NCBI GenBank assembly: GCA_039208735.1
Contig: JBCCQY010000022.1
Coordinates: 1-64,000 of the forward strand
Direction: 5' to 3'
Source of the DNA: Myxococcota bacterium
Lineage (GTDB): Bacteria; Myxococcota_A; UBA796; GCA-2862545
DNA length: 64,000 nt
The position numbers were made by a program, and so were the translations under genes. Below are positions 1 to 9,056 of this stretch, in pieces. Numbering within the stretch: the stretch's first letter is position 1; every line of letters starts with the position of its first letter. The notes beneath the pieces were generated by a model. It was given only the letters and a program-made list of their open reading frames with translations. It did no database searches and was not told the origin of the DNA.

Positions 1-178
1 CCTTTTGACCGGTGAGAAGGAATTCGAATCGGGTGGACCGATCTGTGCGGAGTAGCTACTTCATGCGGACGTAGGGCGAAACCTGGTCGGAAAGGGTGCC
101 CAATCTTTCCCGCCGTGGTGTCACGATGTCGTCCTCAAGCGTTACACCCGCTCCCTTGCGCAGGGAGGAGGAACCCCA

Positions 179-1198
179 ATGGACCGACAGCAGGAACGCA
201 GAACCGGCGCGGCCCTGGTTCGGGCGTCCAAGACCTACTCGGAAGAGGACATCGGCCTCACTTGGCGCCTGTTCGCAGTTACCGTCGTGGTTTTTGGAAC
301 CGCCGTAGCCACCGCCATGCTCGCCCCATGGTGGCCGGTGCGCCTTTTCGGCTCGGTGATCGCCGGACTAACCGTCGTTCGATTGTTCATCTTCTACCAT
401 GATTATCTTCACGGCGCCATCTTCCGGAATTCCGTCGCGGGGCGTTGGGCCATGGTTGCCGTGGGATGGGGGGTCCTCGCCCCGCCCAAAGTGTGGCGTC
501 AAACCCACGATTACCACCACCAAAACAACGCGAAGATGGTCGGTGCATCGATCGGTTCGTTCCCCACCGTCTCGACGCAGATGTGGCGCCGCATGCGGCC
601 CCGCGAGCGGTTCTGGTACAAGGTCGCGCGCAACCCCCTGACCATCGTGTTCGGCTACTTCACGGTGTTCGTTGGTGGCATGTGTTTTTCGGCGTTCAGC
701 CGGGATCCGAAAGAGCATTGGGAAGGCCCTGCCGCACTCGCCACACACATCGCCCTCATCGTACTTGCCGAGCTGTTTGTCGCTCCCTGGGCCGGGTTCT
801 TCGGCGTCGCGTTGCCGCTGTTCATCGCCTGCGCCATGGGCACGTACCTCTTCTACGCGCAGCACAACTTCCCCGATGCCGAGCTTCGTAGCCGGGATCA
901 GTGGGTGTACCACCACGCTGCGCTCAAGGCCTCGAGCATGTTCGATATGCCTGCGTGGATGCACTGGTTCACCGGGAACATCGGCTACCACCATGTCCAC
1001 CACTTGAACCACCAGATCCCGTTCTATCGGCTGCCTGAGGCGATGGAAGCGATGCCAGAATTGCAGTCGCCCGGACGCACCTCGTGGCATCCGCGTGACG
1101 TGATGGCCGCGTTGAACCTCAAGCTCTGGGATGCCGAAACCAACCAGTTCGTCGGCTGGGAAGGCGCAGACAAGGCCAAGGAAACCGTCGCTGCGTAA
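179..1198 (+). CDS. Membrane fatty acid desaturase (Bacillus Des-like)
   Basis: Three His boxes (HDYLH, HDYHHQN, HHVHH), hydrophobic segments, strong RBS GGAGGAGG before the ATG. Confidence 0.9.
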   Translation: MDRQQERRTGAALVRASKTYSEEDIGLTWRLFAVTVVVFGTAVATAMLAPWWPVRLFGSVIAGLTVVRLFIFYHDYLHGAIFRNSVAGRWAMVAVGWGVLAPPKVWRQTHDYHHQNNAKMVGASIGSFPTVSTQMWRRMRPRERFWYKVARNPLTIVFGYFTVFVGGMCFSAFSRDPKEHWEGPAALATHIALIVLAELFVAPWAGFFGVALPLFIACAMGTYLFYAQHNFPDAELRSRDQWVYHHAALKASSMFDMPAWMHWFTGNIGYHHVHHLNHQIPFYRLPEAMEAMPELQSPGRTSWHPRDVMAALNLKLWDAETNQFVGWEGADKAKETVAA

Positions 1199-1226
1199 TA
1201 TATTACGCACAAACGGTAGGTAACCC

Positions 1227-1258
1227 AAAAGGGACTCACCACCTGGTGAGTCCCTTTT
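1227..1258. terminator. Bidirectional intrinsic terminator
   Basis: Perfect 14-bp stem AAAAGGGACTCACC / GGTGAGTCCCTTTT with 4-nt loop, A and T tracts on each side, between convergent genes. Confidence 0.9.
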
Positions 1259-1337
1259 TCGTCTTGATTGTGTCCTTCTTGAAACTCCGACCCGCCAGTC
1301 GAATCTGACACAAACTCCGACCCGCGGGTCAGATCGT

Positions 1338-2192
1338 TCAGATGCGGCGGAGCTTCATCTGGACGTCGCCCGACCAGTGGTTGTCCATGGCCCGCACGCA
1401 AGTCGACAGGTAGCGGTCGTAGTCGTCGTAGACCTGGTCACCCCAGGTGGCGCGAATGTGGGCCTCATGCTCTTGCATGCGGCGATACCACTCTGCCGTG
1501 GTCTTGCGGTAGCTGGTGCGACGCATGATGAGGCGTTCGAGTTCCCACGACGGGCTGATGGCGAGCACCAGCTCTTCGATGCGGGGATTCAGGCCACCGG
1601 GAAAGATGATGTCGGCGGTGAACTTGAGGTCCTCGAGGTCCTTCTTGTTGCGGGGCACGCGATTGCGAAGAATCGCTTGGAACCCAAAGCATGAGCCCGG
1701 CTCGACCCACTCGGCGAGCTTGTCGAAGTATTGGCGATAGAGATCGACGGCCTTGCCTTCGCGAGCCTGGGCCGGCGAACAAAGGTGGTCGATCATCTCG
1801 ATGGAGACGAGCCCACCGTACTTCATGGGCGGGTTGAACAGCGCATAGTCCTGAAGCCAGAACTTCGCTTTGTCGGCCGGCAGGCCTCGCTCTTCGCAGT
1901 ACTTCAGCTGCTCGGTCGACAACGTGATGCCGTGGGCCTCTTTGACGCCGAAACGCACCATGCAATCGATGGCCGAGCCCCAACCGCACCCGATGTCGAG
2001 CACCGTCTTGGTATCGTCCATCTCGGCGAAGTCATAGAGGATACGCGCCTTCTCTTCTTGGGCACGCTCGAGCGACCAGGACGGGTCGTCCCAGGCTGCA
2101 CTGGTGTAGTGCATGTTCTCGTCGAGCCAAAGCTTGAAGAAGTCGTTCGACACCGAGTAACTGGTGTCAATCTCTTCTTGCGTCGAAGTCAC
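1338..2192 (-). CDS. SAM-dependent lipid methyltransferase, cyclopropane fatty acid/mycolic acid synthase (Cfa/CmaA) family
   Basis: Motifs MHYTSA, VLDIGCGWG, GITLSTEQ, VSIEMIDH, IFPGG. Start set at GTG 2192 (RBS GAGGTG), 8 nt after the PKS stop; the longer ORF call overlaps the PKS. Confidence 0.85.
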   Translation of the reverse strand: MTSTQEEIDTSYSVSNDFFKLWLDENMHYTSAAWDDPSWSLERAQEEKARILYDFAEMDDTKTVLDIGCGWGSAIDCMVRFGVKEAHGITLSTEQLKYCEERGLPADKAKFWLQDYALFNPPMKYGGLVSIEMIDHLCSPAQAREGKAVDLYRQYFDKLAEWVEPGSCFGFQAILRNRVPRNKKDLEDLKFTADIIFPGGLNPRIEELVLAISPSWELERLIMRRTSYRKTTAEWYRRMQEHEAHIRATWGDQVYDDYDRYLSTCVRAMDNHWSGDVQMKLRRI

Positions 2193-2200
2193 GGAGCACC

Positions 2201-5200
2201 TCAGAGATGAGCAGATGAGCCGGACGACGCCGGCGTGGGGTTCGACGGAGCTGCGGGGAACTCCGCGCGGATGTCGGCGAGGTTTTTCGCCACGCGCTCC
2301 GCGGTCCACCGCAGTTGCTCGTGGGAGTGGGTCGACGACAGGAAGAAGCGGAGTCGCGCCGCATCGTCGGCCACCGCCGGGTAGACGATGGGCTGAACGT
2401 TGATGCCTTGCTCTTTGAGCCGTTGCGAAAGGAACAGCGCGTGCATGGAATGCCCAGTGACGGCGGGCACCACACCCGAGCCTCCCAAGGCGGGCCCTGT
2501 GTCCACGCCATGTTCGACGAGGGCATCGTGAAAGACCTTGGCGTTGCTCTGGAGCTTCTCGACCCGCCACCGCTCTTCGCGCATCAGCCGCAAGCTCGCG
2601 AGGGCGGCAACGGCGTTCGCGGGGGTGATGCCCGCGCTGTAGACGAACCCCGGCGCGGTGTAGCGCAGGTACCGGATCATTTCTTTTGAACCGGCAATCC
2701 AGCCCCCACAGCTCGCGAGGCTCTTCGAGAGCGTGCCCATCCACAAGTCCGCGTCGCGAGGCGTCACTTGGCCGGCGAAATGCTCACCTACGCCGCATCC
2801 CGTCGAACCACACACCCCGAACGAGTGGGCTTCGTCGACCATGAGTAGACACCCGTGCTTGCGCTTGAGTTCGACAAACGCGGGGTAGTTCGTGATGTCG
2901 CCGTCCATCGAGTAGACGCCTTCCACGATGATGAGGCACTTCTCGTGGTGCGGCCGCAGCTCGGTGAGCAGCTGGTCGAGGTGCTCAGGATCTTCATGCC
3001 GGAATGCCCGACGCCCCGCGCCCGACAGCTTGATGCCCTGCAACGCGGAGTCATGGATGAGCTCGTCGTGCAGGATGAGGTCGGTCGGCTTCATGAGGTG
3101 GCCAATGACGTTCACGTTCGTCATGTGGCCAGCCGTGAACACGAGGGCATCGTCGAGCCCCTGGGCTTCGGCGAGTTCGCGCTCGAGTTCTTGGTGGAAG
3201 GGCCGTTCCCCCGATGCCACACGAGAGGCAGATACCGAGGTCCCGTACTTGCGCACCGCCTCGTTGACCTCCTCGATGACGCGTTCGTCACCGGACAACC
3301 CGAGGTAGTTGTACGAGCTGAAGTTGACCAGCTCTCGTCCCTCGACGAGCGTGGTGTCGCGAGCGGTGCCCTGATGCACGTGGAAGTAGGGATTTTCGAG
3401 CCCTACCGCGGATGCCATCTCGAGGCGCTGCTCGAGGTCTCGAATCTCGGCCCACTTCGAAGGATCGACCCATTCGTCCTTGACGACAAAGTCGGGCACG
3501 GGTGCCGCGGGCGCCTCTTCGGCGTTGGGGTCGCGCTGCATCTCGGCGACCGTGCCTTCGATGACGGTGACGAGGCTGCCCAGGTCATCCCGCAGCCAGA
3601 ACGAGGCCACGAATCGGTCGCCCTCGGCCTCATCGAAGCGCGCTTCGACGGTCAGGGGGCCGGGAGCCGCCGGTGCGACCTGGACCAGTCGGCGCACCGC
3701 GACGGGCGTTCCGGCGCGCCCGTACCGGTCCCACACCACCAATGCCCCTAGCTGGAACGCCGAGTCCACAGCCAGTGGATCAACGGCCCACGCCGGGCGG
3801 TCCGTGCCAGGAATCCAATCCTTAGGCGAACGACTTTGCACCACACCACGGGCGAAGTTGTCCGAGACGCCGTCGACCTGCGTAATGCCCTGCAACAAGG
3901 GCCCGTGGAAGGTCACGTCCCCGTAGAAGGTGGCCAAATCGGTGGCCGGCGGTGCGCCCCCCGAGAGTCGGGAGGGGTTTTCTGGATAGGCCGCCGGACG
4001 CACGCGGGCCTGGTAAGCAAGGCGTCGCTGGGGTCCGATGCGAAGCTCGGCTTTTTCGCCGTCGATGCTCGCCGTGACGGTGACCGGCTCGGCCACTGTG
4101 ATGCCGTTGAACAGCTCCACGTCGACCACTTCGAAGGGCGCAGGAACGCCCGCGATCTGCGCCAGGAGGTCCGTGGCCGAGGCCAGCGGAAGAATCGGCA
4201 CCCCTTCAATGGCATGGTCGAGCAAGTAGGGATGGGTCTCGGTCGAGAGGTGATGCTCGACCGTGCGCCGCCGCATCCAGTAGGGCAAAGCACGGCCCTT
4301 GGTGAGCGCGCCGCGACCGTGGTGCAGGTCGGCGAGCAGGGCGTTCATGCCGGCTTCGTCCCCGACAAAGTCGATGCCTTCGGCGCGCATCGTCGCCTGG
4401 ATGGCGGCGGGAATCGTCGATGCCATCTCGGAGGTGGCCCAAGGCCCGTACTCCCCGGTCACAATTCGCAAGGCGGTGCCCGGCCAGTGCTGGGACAGGC
4501 CCGCCAACGTCGCGTTCGCCGCTGCGTAATGGGCCTGATGCCGGTTTCCAAAGCGACCCGCCCATGACCCGAGGGCCATGGCGACGGTGACTTCCGTGCC
4601 TGCCGCCGCCAGGGCATTGAGCAGGCCCGCCACCTTGATGCGCCGAGCCATGGCGCCGTGTTCGGCTTCCACAGTCCCCAACGCTCCATCGGCCAACACA
4701 CCGGCCGAATGGACCACCGCGGTGAACGGACGGTGCGGAGCCACGGCCGCGACCAGGGCTTGGCGATCGGTGACGTCCGCCGCGACGGCGGTGATGCGCT
4801 CCCCAAGCGACGCTTCGGGGGCCTTTCGCCCCACCACGACGACCTCGGCGCCTTCCGCCGCCAAGCGTTCGGCGAGGGCTCGACCGATGCCCCGCGTACC
4901 CCCCGTGATGAGGACCCGGTCTGCAGCACCTGGAGTCCAGCCTTCGGTCGGTGCTTCGACCGGCTCGAATCCGATGACGAATCGACCCTGGGGACCGAAG
5001 TGGACGTCGGGGCTGTGGTCATCGTGTTGGAGGGTCCGCACGAGCGATGCAGCCCGTTCGGCGGCCCCCAAACCGGCAAACCACAACGTCTGGGACGGAC
5101 GGCCTGACCATTCTTGATTCGCGGTTCGGGCCACGCCTGCCAAGCCGCTTGCCCACGGATCGTCGGTCCGCGCGAGCACGATCACCCCGGGCTGTTGGCC

Positions 5201-8200
5201 CTTCTTCGCGTGGGCATCGAGCAACGCGATGAGCGGTCCCGCCGGGTCCGGCAGGACCGCTTCTCCGGCCGCCACCGCAGCGGGCGACACCGGATCCTCG
5301 AAGTCTGCGACCCAGACTACGACGTCGACGGGTTCGGTGGGATCGTCCACCACCGTGGCGCTCGCAATGCGCAACGCCGCGGCGTAGGGCTCGCTCGGGC
5401 CGACCACGGCCACCCGAAGCCCGTCGAGCGACCGCATGGGTCCTTCGAGGGCCGCCGGACGCCAATGCAGCGCATACGACGTCAGCGGCGCGTCGTCATC
5501 GACGTCGTCGGCATCGCGGTTCCGATGAATGTGTTCCGCGAGGGCCTGAACCGTGGGTCGGTTCATCAACAGCTCTCGGGGCAAACCACCGAGACCAGGG
5601 AACACCCTCGACAACCCGGTCGCGAGGTCGGACACCATCAACGAGTCGAACCCAAGGTCGTCGAACAACGACAGGTCGGCTCGCACCGCTGCACGCGGGT
5701 AGGAGCTGACCTCTGCCACGACATCCGCGACCTTCTCGAAGACATCGTCGAGGGTGAGTTCGCCGTCGGCCGGTGTTTCCACAGCAACATGGCCTGCGCC
5801 GTTCGTCGTCACCCCATTCGTGACGCCATTGGTCGTGAGATCGGGCTCGTCCGTAACTGCGGATCGATGGGCTGCATTGAGGTTCAGGCGTCGCTGGGCC
5901 ACGTCGCTGATGGGCCAGTACGGCTCACGCGGCCATTCCTGTGCGGGCAAGCTGCGCACCTGGACGTCACGGGTCAACGACGTCGTGTCGAGGTCCACCC
6001 CTTCGACCCACAGTCGGCCAAGGGCTTCGAGCACGGCGCGCCCACCGTCGTCATCCTCGCGGCCTGACAGCGACAAGACCGCCTGTGCATCACGACCGAC
6101 CACCTTGCGGGCGAACGAGGCCAACGGACCTCCGGCTCCGACCTGGAGGTAGATCGTCGATCCCGCATCGGCGAGCTGGTGCAAGGCGCGCTGGAAGTGA
6201 ACGGGGCTTCGCTGGTGCCGGGCAAACACCGCATGGGCATCCGCCGCCGAGGCGTACGGCGACGCGGCAATCCCCGAAGCGACGACAACGTCGGGGCTCG
6301 GGTCTTGAAGCGAGACCTGCGCCACCAACGCTTCCCCATCGACCTGTTCGAAGATCGGCGAGTGGAAGGCGTGACTGACGGTCAGGGGCTTCGCATCGAC
6401 GCCCGCGGCCGTCGCACGTTCGACGACCTGGGCGACCGCCTCGGTGTAGCCCGAGACCACGACCTGCTTGGGATGGTTGTCGTTGGCGACGACCGCTCCC
6501 TCAACAAGGAACTCAACCGCCCGCTCGCCCGAGCAGCGCAACGCCGCCATGCTTCCAGGGTCGCCCTCAACCGCATTCATGGCTTGGCCACGGTAAGCGG
6601 CGAACCGCACGGCATCGCGCTTCGACAACACCCCGCCCACCGCCGCGGCCGCGAACTCACCGAGCGAGTGCCCAGCTGCGGCCACAGGCTTCACCCCGAC
6701 CTCTTCGAGGATGCGATGCAGGGCAAGGCCCGCCGCCACCAGTGCGGGCTGGCAGTTCTCGGTCTGCGTCAGTTCAGCCTCGGCCGCCTCGGCATCGATC
6801 GGCTCGGACCGCTTCTCGGGGTAGAGCAGGTGGGTCAGCGGACGCGCAACGATGTCCGACAGGTCTTCTTCGAACCCCTGAAGCGCTTCGTCGACCACGG
6901 GAAAGCGCTCGATGACCGAACGCAGCATGCCGACGCGTTGCGCTCCTTGACCGGCAAACAACAGCGCGACCTTTGGAGCCTTGCGCGGCACCTCACCGAT
7001 GTTCGCCCCCTTCGGGAACTCGCCCCTCGACACTTCGTCGAGCAGTCCCAAAAGCTCATCGCGCGTGCCTGCGACCAAAGCACAACGGTGCTCCACGGCC
7101 TGCCGCACGTTCCAGGTGCGCGCCACTTCGGCCACGGTCAGGTCCGGGTGGGCCCGCAATTCCTCGGCGAGTCGCTCCGCGGTTCGCCGCAATCCGTCTT
7201 CAGTGCCCGCGGAGAAACGCACAATTTCGAGCTGCTCGGGAGCCGAAACGCCATTGACGGCATCGGCGGAAGCACCCACTGTCGGAACGCTCGCAGAAAC
7301 ACCGGTTCGCCGGGCTTCGTACCCACGCAACACCAGGTGTCCGTTGGTGCCGCCAAATCCAAACGACGACAGCGCGGCCAATCGGGGCCCCTCCCACGGA
7401 CGGGCCGCCGTAGGGATGACAAAGTCGCCGCGTTCGAGTTCGATGGCCTCTTTCGGGTTCTCGAAGCCCGCCATTGGGGGAATCACGCCGTGATGAACCG
7501 CCAGCACGGTCCGCGCGAGTCCTGCCGCCGCCGCAGCCGACATCGTATGGCCCACGTTGGCCTTCGAAGACCCCAGCGCGACGTTGTGGATTGCGCCATT
7601 GAACGCATCGCGCATCGCCCCGATTTCCGAGACGTCGCCGACCGAGGTGCCTGTGCCGTGGGTTTCGATGTAGCGAAGCTCGGCCGGATCGGCGCCCGCG
7701 TCCTTCCAGGCGTCCATCATGACGGCGGCCTGGCCCGCCCGAACGGGAGCCATGGGACCGTCCCCATGCCCGTCATTGTTGAGCGCCACGCCTTCGATCA
7801 CCGCATAAATGCGGTCTCCGTCACGCTCCGCGTCTTCGAGGCGCTTGAGCAAAAAGCTTCCCGCCCCATCACCCTGGACAAACCCATCCGCCCGCGTGTC
7901 GAAGGGCAAGCAACGCCCTTGCTCGCTCATCGCCCCAATCCGGGCGAATGCGATGTAGTGTTCGGGGGTCATCTGCAGGTAGGAGCCCCCGGCGAGGGCT
8001 GCGTCGATGGTCCCCGTCCGAAGCTGCATGACGGCGTCGTGCACCGCGACCAATGCCGATGCACAGGCGGCGTCAACCGTGTATGCAGGACCCTGAAGGT
8101 CGAGTTCTTGAGCCACTGCTGCGGAGGGCATGTTGGCTAGCACGCCGGGCGCCGTGAAGGGTCGCACCTGAACGATGCGTTCCACGGCATCCGCGAGCGC

Positions 8201-8656
8201 TTCAGCGTCCTCCGGGGCTCGTCCAAACTGCCCCGTGGCCATCATCGTGGCCATGACCCGGGTTCCCATCATCATCCGGAATTCGTTCGCCGTGATGCCG
8301 ACGAACACCCCGGTGCGGCGGGGAAGCTGCGACGGCAGGTAGCCGCCGTCCGCGATGGCCTGAAGGGCGACCTCGATGGACAGCCGCTGTTGCGGATCCA
8401 TCACCTCGACCCGGCGCGGCGGAATGCCGAGCATCAGGGCGGGGAACGAGCGGATGTCGTCCATGAACGCACCCGCTTTCGCGTAGGTCTTGTCGGCGGC
8501 CCGGCGGTTCGCGTCGTAAAACGCGGCCTCCGGCCATCGGTCGGCGGGCACGGGCCCAAAGGCATCCCGGCCGTCGGTGGTCAGCTTCCAGTAGTCGTGG
8601 AGATCGGACGCACCGGCGTACCGGCAGCCCATCCCGACGATGGCAATGGCGCTCAC
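2201..8656 (-). CDS. Type I PKS/FAS-like enzyme KS-AT-ACP-KR-DH fused to a C-terminal PLP alpha-oxoamine synthase (SPT/BioF family)
   Basis: KS: DAACAS, HGTGT, KANVGH. AT: GHSLGE, HAFH (malonyl type). ACP: LGFDSL. KR: GGTRGIG, HSAGVLAD, YAAAN. DH: HAIEGVPILP, DSAFQ. AOS: SYNYLGL, EGVYSMDGD, DEAHS, GTLSKS. Confidence 0.93.
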   Translation of the reverse strand: MSAIAIVGMGCRYAGASDLHDYWKLTTDGRDAFGPVPADRWPEAAFYDANRRAADKTYAKAGAFMDDIRSFPALMLGIPPRRVEVMDPQQRLSIEVALQAIADGGYLPSQLPRRTGVFVGITANEFRMMMGTRVMATMMATGQFGRAPEDAEALADAVERIVQVRPFTAPGVLANMPSAAVAQELDLQGPAYTVDAACASALVAVHDAVMQLRTGTIDAALAGGSYLQMTPEHYIAFARIGAMSEQGRCLPFDTRADGFVQGDGAGSFLLKRLEDAERDGDRIYAVIEGVALNNDGHGDGPMAPVRAGQAAVMMDAWKDAGADPAELRYIETHGTGTSVGDVSEIGAMRDAFNGAIHNVALGSSKANVGHTMSAAAAAGLARTVLAVHHGVIPPMAGFENPKEAIELERGDFVIPTAARPWEGPRLAALSSFGFGGTNGHLVLRGYEARRTGVSASVPTVGASADAVNGVSAPEQLEIVRFSAGTEDGLRRTAERLAEELRAHPDLTVAEVARTWNVRQAVEHRCALVAGTRDELLGLLDEVSRGEFPKGANIGEVPRKAPKVALLFAGQGAQRVGMLRSVIERFPVVDEALQGFEEDLSDIVARPLTHLLYPEKRSEPIDAEAAEAELTQTENCQPALVAAGLALHRILEEVGVKPVAAAGHSLGEFAAAAVGGVLSKRDAVRFAAYRGQAMNAVEGDPGSMAALRCSGERAVEFLVEGAVVANDNHPKQVVVSGYTEAVAQVVERATAAGVDAKPLTVSHAFHSPIFEQVDGEALVAQVSLQDPSPDVVVASGIAASPYASAADAHAVFARHQRSPVHFQRALHQLADAGSTIYLQVGAGGPLASFARKVVGRDAQAVLSLSGREDDDGGRAVLEALGRLWVEGVDLDTTSLTRDVQVRSLPAQEWPREPYWPISDVAQRRLNLNAAHRSAVTDEPDLTTNGVTNGVTTNGAGHVAVETPADGELTLDDVFEKVADVVAEVSSYPRAAVRADLSLFDDLGFDSLMVSDLATGLSRVFPGLGGLPRELLMNRPTVQALAEHIHRNRDADDVDDDAPLTSYALHWRPAALEGPMRSLDGLRVAVVGPSEPYAAALRIASATVVDDPTEPVDVVVWVADFEDPVSPAAVAAGEAVLPDPAGPLIALLDAHAKKGQQPGVIVLARTDDPWASGLAGVARTANQEWSGRPSQTLWFAGLGAAERAASLVRTLQHDDHSPDVHFGPQGRFVIGFEPVEAPTEGWTPGAADRVLITGGTRGIGRALAERLAAEGAEVVVVGRKAPEASLGERITAVAADVTDRQALVAAVAPHRPFTAVVHSAGVLADGALGTVEAEHGAMARRIKVAGLLNALAAAGTEVTVAMALGSWAGRFGNRHQAHYAAANATLAGLSQHWPGTALRIVTGEYGPWATSEMASTIPAAIQATMRAEGIDFVGDEAGMNALLADLHHGRGALTKGRALPYWMRRRTVEHHLSTETHPYLLDHAIEGVPILPLASATDLLAQIAGVPAPFEVVDVELFNGITVAEPVTVTASIDGEKAELRIGPQRRLAYQARVRPAAYPENPSRLSGGAPPATDLATFYGDVTFHGPLLQGITQVDGVSDNFARGVVQSRSPKDWIPGTDRPAWAVDPLAVDSAFQLGALVVWDRYGRAGTPVAVRRLVQVAPAAPGPLTVEARFDEAEGDRFVASFWLRDDLGSLVTVIEGTVAEMQRDPNAEEAPAAPVPDFVVKDEWVDPSKWAEIRDLEQRLEMASAVGLENPYFHVHQGTARDTTLVEGRELVNFSSYNYLGLSGDERVIEEVNEAVRKYGTSVSASRVASGERPFHQELERELAEAQGLDDALVFTAGHMTNVNVIGHLMKPTDLILHDELIHDSALQGIKLSGAGRRAFRHEDPEHLDQLLTELRPHHEKCLIIVEGVYSMDGDITNYPAFVELKRKHGCLLMVDEAHSFGVCGSTGCGVGEHFAGQVTPRDADLWMGTLSKSLASCGGWIAGSKEMIRYLRYTAPGFVYSAGITPANAVAALASLRLMREERWRVEKLQSNAKVFHDALVEHGVDTGPALGGSGVVPAVTGHSMHALFLSQRLKEQGINVQPIVYPAVADDAARLRFFLSSTHSHEQLRWTAERVAKNLADIRAEFPAAPSNPTPASSGSSAHL

Positions 8657-8740
8657 AGAGACCTCAAGTGCGGAGAACCGCTCGGGAACTCGACGCTCGG
8701 GAACGGCGCCGAGCCCATCAGGCTCGATGGTGGATGTGGA

Positions 8741-8989
8741 TCAGACCTTGCCAGTCTTGATGAGACCAGCCAGGTCCCCGATCTTCTGGACCTTGTGCAG
8801 CTCGTTGTCGGGGAACGTCTTGTCGATCTTCTCTTCAATGAAGTTCACCATCTCCATGATGGCGATGGAATCGAGGCCGAGGGCTGCGATCTCTTGATCG
8901 ACTGTGATGTCGGCGAACTCGTCCTTGCGCTTGGGATCGACCTGGCCGAGCGCTTCCTTGATGAGCGCGATGACGTCTTCGTCAGACAT
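8741..8989 (-). CDS. Stand-alone acyl carrier protein
   Basis: 82 aa, acidic, LGLDSI phosphopantetheine motif, GGAG RBS before ATG 8989. Confidence 0.9.
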   Translation of the reverse strand: MSDEDVIALIKEALGQVDPKRKDEFADITVDQEIAALGLDSIAIMEMVNFIEEKIDKTFPDNELHKVQKIGDLAGLIKTGKV

Positions 8990-9056
8990 GAAGGACTCCG
9001 ATGGGCAATGGTGAAGGAGCGAGCCTCGCACAGGAAAGGTCCGAGGTAGGTCGCAC

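Noticed and set aside
1282..1325. 14-bp direct repeat AAACTCCGACCCGC, two copies 30 bp apart
   Set aside because: Only two copies with a 16-nt spacer and no cas or mobile genes; not a CRISPR array or att site.
2193..2744. N-terminal extension of the 468-aa methyltransferase ORF
   Set aside because: Overlaps the PKS AOS domain in another frame and is Arg-rich nonsense; a good RBS and GTG exist at 2192.
6179..8140. Long antisense ORFs (also 31838-34111, 44347-45795, 49264-51456, 58533-60449)
   Set aside because: Shadow frames of well-supported genes, expected from high-GC codon bias; no motifs.
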